64,000 nt of DNA from Paraspadella gotoi (lineage: Eukaryota > Animalia > Chaetognatha). Below, one piece after another: positions 51,580 through 62,566 of the stretch. The notes under the pieces are model-generated. The model saw only the letters and a list, made by a program, of their open reading frames with translations, ran no database searches and was not told where the DNA came from. Within the stretch, counting starts at the first letter, position 1, and each line of letters begins with the position of its first letter. The translations under genes and the position numbers were made by a program. Location of the stretch: positions 4,716,421 to 4,780,420 of the forward strand of contig CM119271.1 of assembly GCA_051294375.1 (NCBI GenBank), read 5' to 3'.

Positions 51580-54500
51580 TCAGTGATCGGTCGTTCTCTT
51601 CTGACTGTTCCGGAAACTATGACGCAGCCGTAACTGCGACGTCGCGCCGTCCTGCCTCGGCTGCCTATCTAATTCCGCAGCAGCCTTGCGATCTTCGAGA
51701 TGGCGCGGATCGAGGGGAGGTGGTGGAGGCGCGGGGGCAGGCGCTTGCAATCCGTGAGCGACTGAGTAAGCAAAAGCAGAGTTGTCGAGGTGATTGTTGT
51801 AATTGACATTGGTGGGGTTGGAATTGTTCCCTCGGGAGGACGCGTGTTGGATCGAAGTACCAAAGGCGGAGGGTAAATAAAAAGCAGTGTACGAAGCAGC
51901 CCCGGAATGAGCAGGCGCTTGAACGGTGGGGGATCTTTGAAAACTGTTCGGGAAATGTTGATGTATGGACGTTTGCTGTTGCTGAGTTTGCTGGATTGAC
52001 TGTAAAGCGTGAACGTCCCGCCCGATAGACGAAGAGTAATTGTGAAAAGTTTGAGGCGGAAAAAGGCTTCCCCCGAGAGGTTGTGGATGGGCGGCGAACA
52101 AAGAGGTGTACGCTGGATTGTTGGGAAAAACCGTACCGGTGATCGGTCCGGCAGCGACACCGAGGTCGGTATTGTCGGGATGGGGGTGGGCAGTTGAATC
52201 CAAATTGCTTGACGGAAGTTTTATTCTCTTATCCACGCTCCTTCCTTCCAACGAATTGCTTGGCAGGTGGAGATGACCTCCGGCGCGAGTTTGCTGCAAG
52301 GAACGCGTCTTGGTTGAGGCCCCCGTCGCAGCGGATGATGCAGGCGCGGCACCGCCGCCTTCTCGGAGCCGATCCTTGGAGGCGAGGAACCGCTTGGGCA
52401 GAACGATCTTCATTTCGTTGCTTATTTGTCTGTCCAAAAGCGGGGGATCCTTCTTGGTTGGACTCTCCACCTCCCTTTTGTTTTCCTGGGAATTCTTCTT
52501 TCGCCGCCGCCGCTCGACTGGCGTTGCAGCGACGTTGCGGTCGGCGTCGATAGAAGACGGCGCCGCAATGCGTATATCGCCAGTCGTCGGTTTGGAGGCC
52601 TCGAAAGAAGAACTATCGCCACCAGGGGGCAAAGAGTCTTGCCCGTGTGATTCCACAGTTCTGGGGTAAAAGGGTAGATTATGATACTTATCACTCGCAA
52701 ACAAGAAAAACGTTTATTCTTAATTTTGTTGCCTTCATCTCTTCTCCCACCTCGTTGTTTGAATTGCAGGAATCTTGACATTTTTCCTTGGTTTCGTTAG
52801 ATTGGCGTCCAACGAAAACTTGGCGGTAAACGTCGCCGCCTTGGCATCTACGTCTGACTTTGAGACGTCTACTTTTCCTCCAGCACCGCCGCCGCCAACG
52901 CCGCGACCACCGTTGGAAGCGTTGCCGTTTCCGCTCAAAACAAAAACGTTTTTATAGACGTTGCTATTATTGTTCTTATCGTTCTCGATCTGAGGCTCAG
53001 CCGGCGCTACAAGGAGTGTTGAGACGTCAGCGTTGCCAACGTTGGAGAGAGTGTTTCGGTTCCCGAGACGGCCGCTTCCGGCGGAGACTCGACGCCGGTC
53101 TAGGGAGTCTTTGCTCCAGGCGGTGGCGTCGACGGGTGGAAGGGAGGGTCGCGACGGAGCTCGTTCCTCCTCGAGCCACACTCGAGTCGCTTGTGCCGTT
53201 TCCGACGCTTCCGGTACAGGATTTGACGGAGCTGGAGTCTCCACTAGAGACGATCGTCCACCGAAGAAACGAGTCCCGCGTTTGTCGATGCTTTGACGCA
53301 TGGTTGTTGTCGTCGTCATGATCGTGGGATCCGTTTCCTGTTTTCGTTCCCCAATTTTGGGCGTCGACGAATCGGCCGTCCGTGACGTCAGCGTCACCGT
53401 CGCTGTTTCCGTCTCCACCTCTTCCTCCATAACTCCCGTCAAGGCGCTCTTGGAACGGTGAGCTTTTCCTCCACCGCCGCCGCTGCGCGCGCGACCCATA
53501 CGGTGCCGCCTCTGTTGCCACAACAAGCGGTCCGTGACGAAAGTCTCGTGCTGTTGACAATCGAGGATGGTGCTGCGCTCCTCCGGGTCCACCGCCAACA
53601 TATTCTCCATCAGGTCGAGCATAACGCCGGATAGAACGCCCTCGTAGCGCCGAGAGAGTGAGGTGGGAGTACGGGGCAAGGCGGGGAACTTCATTCCGGA
53701 GAAACGGTTGTTGGAGTAGAACTCTTCAATCTTGCAGTAAAATTTATTTTTTTAAACTAGAAGAAACAGACATTTAAAACCGTCGCAGCAATCGCACCTG
53801 CTTTTCCTTAAAAGGACCCATAACTTTCTGGATGATGAAGAGCTGGTCGAGTTCGGTTTCGCCGGGAAAAACGGGCTGCCCGTCGGCCATTTCGCCCATA
53901 ATACAACCGACGGACCAAACGTCGACGGGGCGACCGTAATCCGATCCGAGAAGAAGCTCGGGACTTCGATACCTAGAAGAGTTAAAGGAAAGGAAATAGA
54001 AGATATAAAAACATACATATATCAGAAAAATAAGTACGTATTACACGTAATACAAACATACTATTTCATTAATAAAAAGGGTTCTCTGGGAGTAAATAAC
54101 TAGACTCAGAGTGTCTTGCTTGAAAGCTTGCAGGGTCATGCTATCCTAATATGTTGTAAGAGTACGTTAGTCAGGGTCAAGATGGCTTGTTTATTGAATG
54201 AATTTTATTTTGGTTGTACTAATTTCATTAGGAGAAAAACAAGGAACAACTAAGAAATACAACAACCCTCGAGAATTCGCCCCCCCCCCTTTACCATCGC
54301 GTGGCGACGTAGTCCGTGTATCTTCCCCTGTCCGAATGGATGCTCCGCGCGAATCCGAAATCGCAGAGTTTGAGGACATCGTCGGCGGAGACGAGAAGGT
54401 TTTCTGGTTTAATGTCACGATGTACGACGTCGCGTTCGTGGCACCAGAGAACAGCCACCACTAGTTGGAACGTGTAGGAGCGAACTTTGTCAATGGCGAG

Positions 54501-54972
54501 ACCCTTATAAGGAAAAAAAAAATTAATAAAGGGAGGGGAAACGAAGAACAGGAGCTTCTCATCGTTTCTACCTGAGGATTCTCTTCCAAGAGTTCCAAAA
54601 GATTTCGTTCGACATACTCGAAAACAAGGTACAACCTTCCCCGTCGAGTGAAGGCCTCGCGTAGATCCACGATGTTCTCGGCTTTCAGCGCTTTCAGCAC
54701 CTGCGTATGAAATTGGTACAAACAATAAGTATAAAAATTATCCATTCATTAAATAAATTATCCATCTTATCCCTGACTTTGGACAAGCTATGGTGAGTTA
54801 AGTCCTTCCTTACCTTCAGCTCCCTCCTCGTCGTCCGCTGCACGTCCTTGTTGTCTTCCGAGTCCTTGAACTTTTTAATGGCGACGATTTCGTCTGTCTC
54901 CTTGTGGCGACACTTGAGAACAACCCCGTAAGCTCCTTCCCCCACGATGCCCAGAACCTCGTACTTGTTCAT
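51580..54972 (-). CDS. CDKL5: Cyclin-dependent kinase-like 5, multi-exon, long disordered C-terminal tail
   Basis: [122 protein letters not shown]; these match CDKL5-type signatures as recalled. Confidence 0.93.
54169..54228 (+). repeat. Dispersed intronic repeat, partial copy 3 (antisense in CDKL5 intron 3)
   Basis: AGTCAGGGTCAAGATGGCTTGTTTATTGAATGAATTTTATTTTGGTTGTACTAATTTCAT. Confidence 0.7.
54707..54795 (-). repeat. Dispersed intronic repeat, copy 4 (fills most of CDKL5 intron 1)
   Basis: Minus strand CACCATAGCTTGTCCAAAGTCAGGGATAAGATGG...AATGAATGGATAATTTTTAT...TTGTACCAATTTCAT inside the 113-nt intron 54701-54813. Confidence 0.8.
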
Positions 54973-56092
54973 GGCGGGCCGCGCCCGGGGACCGAAGCCC
55001 AAATTCCCGCCGCCCTTATATTGTTAATCAAATTACTAATCTCGATTCGATTCCTGACGCCACATTTGGGATCGAGCCTCATCTCGCCCGCAGCACCGAG
55101 CACGGCGTCTCGGGGAAAACGCTCATGCCCCTCCAAAACTATTTTTGGAATAAAAGACACAAAGGTAATTAGAAAGAAAACACACAATTAGAGCTCGTTC
55201 ATAAAATTGATAAATGTAATATGCGGAAACGTTCCGACGGTGAAGAAGAAAAATTCGAAAAAATCCCAGAGATTGTAGGGTGCGGTTTCCCCGGCAAAAA
55301 AGCTCGGCGGCGGCGGCAGCAAAGGAAACGTTTCGCGTTAGCGGTTACGACAAAAAAATTTGTACTAGGCTAAATATCGGCGACAAGAAAATGTGAATAC
55401 GAAAAGAGTAAATGTTAATCCCTGTATCACAGCCTGATAAAAAGACATGCAAACACCGCCCATATCCCGTTTTAACCAATCTAATAGTCTATTTGATTGT
55501 ACTTTAATCACCGCCAGAAAAAAAAACTTTTTTAGTTCACAATGACTCGATTAAAATATCTGAAGCCTCAATGTTTGCCACAAACTCACAACGACGAAGG
55601 CTATAAAAATAAACGCACAACTAACTGGCATATTAGGAGTACGAAGGCCGTTTGCTGATTTTTAAGTAAAATTAATAAATTTAAATGGAAATTCCTATAG
55701 TAGACAACAAACTACGCTACGTAAATAGGAAAAAAAGCTTTTGAATTAGCTTTTGAATTAATTTAAACTTAGTAAAGCTTAATCTCTTTATTATTCTCTC
55801 CACGAACGATAATAAAAAAAACTCCAGCAAAGTTCTTTGTAAAATCAAAATTTTCTTTACTGTTCTTTACTGTTCACATGCCGTGTCGTGAGACCGATAT
55901 CAAGAACAAAAAAAAAGTCATACTTAGTTTAGATTTTTGGGTGATGCATGGGGCAGATTTGAATTATAAATTTTAATAATTTTTTTTTCTCTAAAAACTG
56001 ACACGCGAAAAACTTTATAATGTGCCCCATGCGTCTAAACCGATGACTGCAACAACTTTCGCGAATGTTTCTTTTTTGTTCTTAATGACGAT

Positions 56093-58600
56093 CTAAGGTT
56101 CATGATCCGATTGGGATTCCGGGCTCGATCCCATGGCCGATTCCTGGCTCATCGATCCCTCCGAGTCTTCCCCGGCGGCCTCCTCGGCACGAACCCCAAA
56201 GTCCTCCCCGTCCACCGAAGCCACGGGACTCTTGACGCCGTTCTTGAGCGATGCGACGCGCTGCGGCTTGGAGACGCCGTTGGCTCGCCTCTCGCGTCCA
56301 ATCCCTCGTCGAGAGCCGAGGGTGTAGGATTTCTTAGCGGCCGAGAGGTCGAAGGGGTTTCCGCCGCCGTTGAAGGAGAGTTGGGGCAGAGTCGCCGAAG
56401 AATTGCCGAACATCGAAGGAGCGACAGGAGTCGGAGAAAAAGAAAAGACGGGAGTCGGCGTGGAGGTAGTCAGCGTGGGAACGAGAGAGCCTGCGGTGAC
56501 ACTCGAGAGCGAGGAAGTGAAGAAAGAGGGGTCGACGGGAGCAGCGGCCGAGGGCGATGCAAACGGCTCCCCGTCACCTCCCGCCGACGATACTCGAAGG
56601 GATGAAGATGAGGATTCTGCTTGGGCCGACGACATTCTGGTAGGGACAAAGATGGGAGCTCGGAAAGTGAAAGGTCGCGTCACAGGAGACGCGTCGGTTT
56701 GTGGTAAAAAGTTTAGTGTCGGAGTCAGAGAAAATTGACGCGAAAATATGTTGGACTCTGAGGCGTTCGAGAAGGGAGTGGCGGGCGCCGAGAAGCAAGG
56801 GAAAAAGGAGGAAGAGGAGGAAGAGGTGTTGGTGGTCGCGACGGCGAGTAGAAGCGAGGTAGAGATCGCTTGAGAATAAATAGAGTTGACAGCGTCGCTC
56901 ACTGTTGTCGTTTCGATCGTCAATGGCGTTGTGGTTTTCGACGGTGCGGGGGCCGCGGCTGTTGCGTTGGTCTCCACCGCCAACGAAGATAATTCTCCTC
57001 CGGAGGTCTCTGAGACAGGGGTCGCGTCGGAAAGCGTTTCAGAATTCTGGATGGACAGACTAGGTTCTTCGGTGCGAACCGAGCTTAGGCCAAAATTCCA
57101 TTCCTTCGCGGACATGCCGAAGCAAAATGACCCGACGTCTTTTGCTTTTTGATGACGAAAGACGGAGGGCGACGCGCTAAACCGGAAGCAGCTGTCCGCT
57201 CCGTGCTCCGGGCCTTCCGAAGGCGCGGCAAAGGAAATGACGGGCGTCGAAACGGGAGCCGCAAACGCCGCCTTTGATCGACGATTGGGGGTCAAAGATA
57301 GGCGTCGGTTCGGAGTCGTCGGCAGCGAGAAAGAGAAGGTCGACGTCGATGGAGAAGCGGTGACGGAAAACGTGAGACCCGAATCCGTCCTCGATGAAAG
57401 AATCGGAGAGGCCGCCCCACTGAAGGAGAAGTCGCCGGCGGCGATGGTCAGGGAATCGTTGGGCGACCACTGATCTCCCCCTTGGAGAGTAGGAGTGCCT
57501 GCTCCCGAACTTGCGGCGGAAGGCGGGGGCGGTGGGGGCGCCGGAGGTGGTGGTGGCGGCGAGATCGATCTCGTTGAGCTCCTTGACGAGACGCCTCGCT
57601 TAGATTTCGATCGCGGAGAGCTGGACGATCGAGATGTACGAGGACGCACTGAGGTGGAAGCGGCGGCGCTCCCGGGTTTTAAAAAGGCAGTGGAAGTTGA
57701 GGAAGAAGCGGTGGTGGTAGTGGAGGAAGCACTGCTTGTTACGGAAGAAACACTGGTCGATACACAAGAACTGGCATTTGAATCAGCAGCAGCAGAAGCA
57801 GCAACCATAGCTGAAGAAGCAGTAGTCGTAGCTGAAAAATTAGAGGAAGAAGGTACAGAAGTTGTAGAAGAAGTCGTCACAGCCCAGAAAGAAGCGGGGT
57901 TAGATGAGAAAGAAACTTTCGACGATGATTTACGGCTTGTTGAGCAAGAAGAGGACGTGATCTTGGATCCTGTCGTTGATGAGCTTTTAGCGGATGAGGA
58001 AGAGGAGCGACCTCTGTTAGAAGAAGAATGTGATGTGGCTGAGGCGGTAGAAGGCGGAGGTATGACCGTGTTGGGGGAGCTTGAAGAAAAAGATCTGCGG
58101 TGATTGTCGGTTGATTTCTCGGCCCCGCGCTCTCCTTCCACGCTCCTCCTCCTCATACGCTCCTCTTTTTTCTCTTTCCACTCCCTCAGCCGGTTCCCCA
58201 CGATCTCCCCCCGCTCCTTCTTCACGGCGCTTTCGAGACGCTCCAGCCGCGCCGCGGTGTTCGCGTCATGGCGCCGCAGATTTTCCAACTCCTCCTTGGC
58301 ACTGCGGTACATGGCTTCAGAAAGCTCGAGTCGAAACTCGAGCGAAGCCTCTTTCGTCATGCGGGCGGCATCGTCTTCGAAGGCGAAGTAGAGGCGACGC
58401 ACGATGCCCTCGGCGGGGCGATCGATAAAGTGTGCCTTGCACGAAGGGCAGGTGGGGGTCGATCCCTGGTCTAAGCACTTACGACCCCATCCGGTTACGC
58501 AGGAATAGTGGAAAGTGTGGCCGCAAGGGAGCGCCGCGAGATCGTGCCAGTCTCGAAAGGTCTCGTAACAGATGACGCAGTTGGGGAGGGGATGGGTCAT
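56093..58600 (-). CDS. Intronless 835-aa RING-H2 E3 ligase-like protein (TRAIP-like RING + coiled coil + Ser/Thr/FxF-rich tail)
   Basis: CVICYE...AALPCGHTFHYSCVTGW...TCPSCK...IVRRLYF; coiled coil ~aa 80-155; 2.5-kb open frame. Confidence 0.85.
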   Translation of the reverse strand: MTHPLPNCVICYETFRDWHDLAALPCGHTFHYSCVTGWGRKCLDQGSTPTCPSCKAHFIDRPAEGIVRRLYFAFEDDAARMTKEASLEFRLELSEAMYRSAKEELENLRRHDANTAARLERLESAVKKERGEIVGNRLREWKEKKEERMRRRSVEGERGAEKSTDNHRRSFSSSSPNTVIPPPSTASATSHSSSNRGRSSSSSAKSSSTTGSKITSSSCSTSRKSSSKVSFSSNPASFWAVTTSSTTSVPSSSNFSATTTASSAMVAASAAADSNASSCVSTSVSSVTSSASSTTTTASSSTSTAFLKPGSAAASTSVRPRTSRSSSSPRSKSKRGVSSRSSTRSISPPPPPPAPPPPPPSAASSGAGTPTLQGGDQWSPNDSLTIAAGDFSFSGAASPILSSRTDSGLTFSVTASPSTSTFSFSLPTTPNRRLSLTPNRRSKAAFAAPVSTPVISFAAPSEGPEHGADSCFRFSASPSVFRHQKAKDVGSFCFGMSAKEWNFGLSSVRTEEPSLSIQNSETLSDATPVSETSGGELSSLAVETNATAAAPAPSKTTTPLTIETTTVSDAVNSIYSQAISTSLLLAVATTNTSSSSSSFFPCFSAPATPFSNASESNIFSRQFSLTPTLNFLPQTDASPVTRPFTFRAPIFVPTRMSSAQAESSSSSLRVSSAGGDGEPFASPSAAAPVDPSFFTSSLSSVTAGSLVPTLTTSTPTPVFSFSPTPVAPSMFGNSSATLPQLSFNGGGNPFDLSAAKKSYTLGSRRGIGRERRANGVSKPQRVASLKNGVKSPVASVDGEDFGVRAEEAAGEDSEGSMSQESAMGSSPESQSDHEP

Positions 58601-59168
58601 GGCGCTCGACCGGGATCGCCCTCCCCCGGATATTAAAGGGAAAAATTCGAAATAAGATCAAATCAAGCCATCTTTTCCATTGGTTTGCTTTTTTATTTCA
58701 ACTAAAAAATCAAAACCAAAAGACATTTTTTCCAAAAATAAGCACGAAAAGAATCGGTAAAAGAGGCTCTAATAATATTGAGCGCTGAGATCCAACTATA
58801 AGTGATAGAATAAAAACAATCTAAAAACAGAAGTATCGAAAAGTACAAAGCGGCGAACACCAACTAGTATACCATGTCACCAAAATGCCATTTTAAACTA
58901 AAAAAAAATTAATGATTATCTCGACCAAGCCGGGCCAAGGCCCAATCTATCGAGGTAAACAAGTTAGAGCAAGCAATGTCGGATCTGCCTCCGATAATTA
59001 AGTGGTAATCAGCTAATCAGATGATAAATAACGATAATTCGTTATGATTCAATTTGTGATCTTAACAGATTACAACAAATCATAACATAACAAATCATAA
59101 CAGACTTCTTAATAAATCTATGAAAATATATATAAATCAATAGAACCAGTAGCTGCGCCAATACCAAC

Positions 59169-59270
59169 TTGCATAATTTGGTCAACTGGCATAATTTGGT
59201 CATTTTGCATAATTTGGTCAACTGGCATAATTTGGACCACTTTCATAATTTGGTCAACTGGCATAATTTT
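59169..59270. repeat. 18-bp minisatellite GCATAATTTGGTCAACTG, ~5.5 copies, alternating variants
   Basis: Directly visible; ACTG-ending units alternate with TTTT/ACTT-type units. Confidence 0.9.
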
Positions 59271-59332
59271 TACATATTTTTATAACAGATCATTAGATTA
59301 TAAATTACAGATTTCTTAAGAGGAAAGGTCAT

Positions 59333-62230
59333 TCAGCATAACAATGCGTAACGTACGTGATCCTCAACCAAAAACATGTGGTCTGGACCACATCGCAAGG
59401 AGACCAATTCAGAAGGTCGCCTGGCGGAAGCCAAAGCAAGAAGAAACGTAGTCTTGCGTAGAATGTCATAAGGTGATAGCGGAAATGGCATCACATCAAA
59501 AACGCGCAAAACCGCAGCCACACTCCAAGCTGGGTAGATCCGGCGCGAAGGAGGCCGTAGCTGAAAAACTCCTTTGAGTAGACGGCAAACCAATGGGTGC
59601 TGACCGAAAGGAGCACCCTCCACCAAAGGCAAAGTCGCAGAAATCGCCGATCTATGCAAAAAGATGGTGCTATAGGACAATCCGTTGTCACTAAGATGGG
59701 CGTGATAATCCAGCACACCCTTCACAGAAGCTTGATCTCCTCGAAGGTCCCGACCTTGAAGGAAAGAGACGAAGGACTCCAAGCCCTTTCGAAACGGGAA
59801 CCAGCGGAGAATCTCCAACTCTTGACAATGAGAGAGAAGGTCGAATTGCTGACGTCTGAGAGTCCGTGCGCCCGCCGATAATCCTCCAGACGACCAACTT
59901 GAGGCGATCTAGGAGCGACGGAATGTCGTCCAAGGCCCGGTCGACCACCAATCGGCGAGACCAAGGTAGGCGGCGCACCTCCAGCACATGAAGATCCAGT
60001 AGAGACGGGAACCACTTCTGGGCTGGCCAAAACGGAGTCACCAACAGGAACTCCCCCACTGCCTCCCTCAACTTGAAGATCACTCGAGGGATCAAAGGGA
60101 GGGGAGGAAAAACAAAGGCTCGATCGAAAACCCAGACTTGACTCAGGGCGTCGAGCTCCTCCGCATCTTCTTCCATCCTCCAAGAGAAGAATCGGGGCAC
60201 CTGACGAGAGGAACTCGTCGCAAACAGGTTGCTCTGAGGAAGACCGAAGATCTTGGCAATCCGGCGAAAAACCTGAGGGTCCAAGTGCCAATCCTGAACT
60301 GCTCTCTCGCGAGAAGCCGCATCCGCAACCAGGTTCTCCTCTGAGGGAACATGAACACCCACGATCCGGATCTGAAGCGAATCTGCTAGAAGAGCTTCTC
60401 TCACAACTTCGTGGAGAGATGGCGAGCGGCTGCAAAAGCGTCGGAGACAAGCAAGGGACACCAAACTGTCCGTCTTCCACAGAAGATTGTTGTCGCAAAT
60501 CTGATCTCCGAAGGAACGTAGGAATCTGAGCAGAACCATGAACTCCTTCGCAGTTATATGGAGAGGGGCAAACGCATCCTCCCAAATTCCCTGATGAAGG
60601 ACTCCGCGAAAAAGGAAGCCCCATCCATCAATGGAGGCGTCCGTTGTCACCTCCGAAGTGCAACTCTCCGAGAGAAGGTCGTCGACTGGCGCTGAACAAG
60701 CCCTTGGATTGAGAATCGAAATCCAAAGAAGTTCCTCCTTCGCAGCTTCCGAGAAGAGAACCAACTTCTCCAAATCCCTCTCTGAACGATAAACAAGATA
60801 GAGATCGTGCTGAATCCGCGCTGACCTGCAGCGGAGAATCGGAGACGCTGGGATGGCTGCAGCCACATGACCCATGAGCTGAAGAACCTGATGGGCTGAT
60901 GGAGTGATCCCTTCCAAGAGGGATGAAGCCAGAGATCTGAGGGCAGAGATCTTTTCGCTGGGGAAGCGCAACTTGGTGAAGCGCCCCGTCCCACTGGAGA
61001 CCCAGAAACTCGAAGTTCTGAACAGGGACTAAACTCGACTTCTTGGGGGAAGGACGAAGCCTGCATCCTATACTTCCCGAAAGTAAATAAACAAATAAAA
61101 CACTCTTTGAGTGTTCCTCTCCACGGAAATCTTTAGTAAAAAGCGAAAGATTTGTGCGCTCTGAAGAGAAGTTGCAGAGCCACTCGGGTGTTGAATAAAC
61201 ACTCCCCATGGACGTGCCCAGAATAAGAATATCGTCGATGTAGAACAGACATCGAATGCCTCTCGCACGAAGCCAGGCCACCAGAGGGCGAGTCGCCTTG
61301 GAAAACAACCAAGGGCCTGTAGCATAACCGAAAGGTAGAACCCTGAACAGGTAGATCTTGCCTCTCCAAATAAAAAGGCAAAACTTGCGATGATCCTCGT
61401 GCAGAGGATATCAATCGAGGCTGCCCAAACTCCTGGTCGCAGCATCTTCCTGAAAAGCCGAAAGAGGCAACAGCCGAACTGGAGATCGAGGGGACACTTG
61501 GCGTCCTATGACGCCCCCGACTCCCCCTCCCGAAGGTCAAGTAGACTAGTGGCCAGTTCTGAAAGCCCCTCTGGACTTGGGGTTGAAACGCTACCTAGAA
61601 TCCTGGAAAAGGATTAGGTCGAGAAGCTTGACTCCTGAACAGGAAGGAGTGAATCGCAGCAGAAACTCCAAAAGAGTAGGTTGAGCTCTTTGGGAGCCGA
61701 CTGGAAAAAGGAACGCCGAGCTTCAACTAAGGCTGAGTTGAAGGAAGAGGCCAACATGGTCGCTGAATCCTTGAGAGGGGCCGCCAAGGCCTCCAGATCA
61801 GCCACGAGCTCGGGATCCGCATCGGAACTCTGAGAGAAACGATGAGACGCAATCCATCTGCTGAATGCAATACAGAGTGCGCAATGGCACCAGCATCTCT
61901 CATGGACCGCACTGCTTGCTTGTAAATAGAGGCTGATTTGCGGCCTAAACAACAGCATCGAACTGCGCAGACAAACAACTGTCTTGCGCAGAGGTCCAAA
62001 ATCTGGTGGAGAATGCCATCCACCCATGTAGCGAATATAGAGCGCCCTTGACCAGGCTCCCATCCCCTCTTGAGCTCGCCAGTACCGTCAATAGAACGGA
62101 ACTCTCTCCATTGTTGACAAGTCCAATCTGATGGAATAGCAGCAGATCTTGTTGCGGCGAAAAGGTATCAAAACCTGTAGCATCAGAAAAAGACGCGAGC
62201 TCATCTTCCTCCGAACCAGAAACATCCAAG
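59333..62230 (-). mobile_element. Decayed DIRS1-like tyrosine-recombinase retrotransposon (gag-like, RT, RNase H, adenine-MTase-like, partial YR)
   Basis: RT FSKATRPLVAWLRARGIRCLFYIDDILI and FEFLGLQWD; RNase H VTTDASIDGWG, HITAKE, HVPSEENLVADAASR; MT-like LFAT...DALSQVW...FVFPPLPLI...LVTPFWPAQKWF; overlapping YR frame GQHPLVCRLLKG...LLALASARRPSEL. Several frameshifts; YR truncated at ~59350. Confidence 0.9.
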
Positions 62231-62566
62231 TCTGGAGAATCGTATAAGGAAGTATTTGGCCGAACACAGGTCGGCGCCGACTTGGGAAAGCCGGGGTAGC
62301 AAGGTCGACCCCGAGAAGCAGAGGCATGACATCTAGAAACGAATCAGCGAAGATGGAGAATACAGCAACACAACGCGAAATCCTCAGGAGCCACGAAGAT
62401 GTGTACATGTAAAAATAAAAATGAGAAAATATTAGAGAAAAGAACACCAAAAAGACGAAAACAACTCTTCGAAGCCGCCTCCACCACCGGTGGTGCCAGG
62501 GGTGACGGCGGGAGGTGGCGTGGTGGAGAGGAGCCATGAAGAATCCCGGTTCCACTTGGAACCATA

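Noticed and set aside
57495-58103. 202-aa acidic antisense ORF and similar antisense ORFs over GC-rich exons
   Set aside because: Shadow frames of Ser/Thr-rich coding sequence on the other strand.
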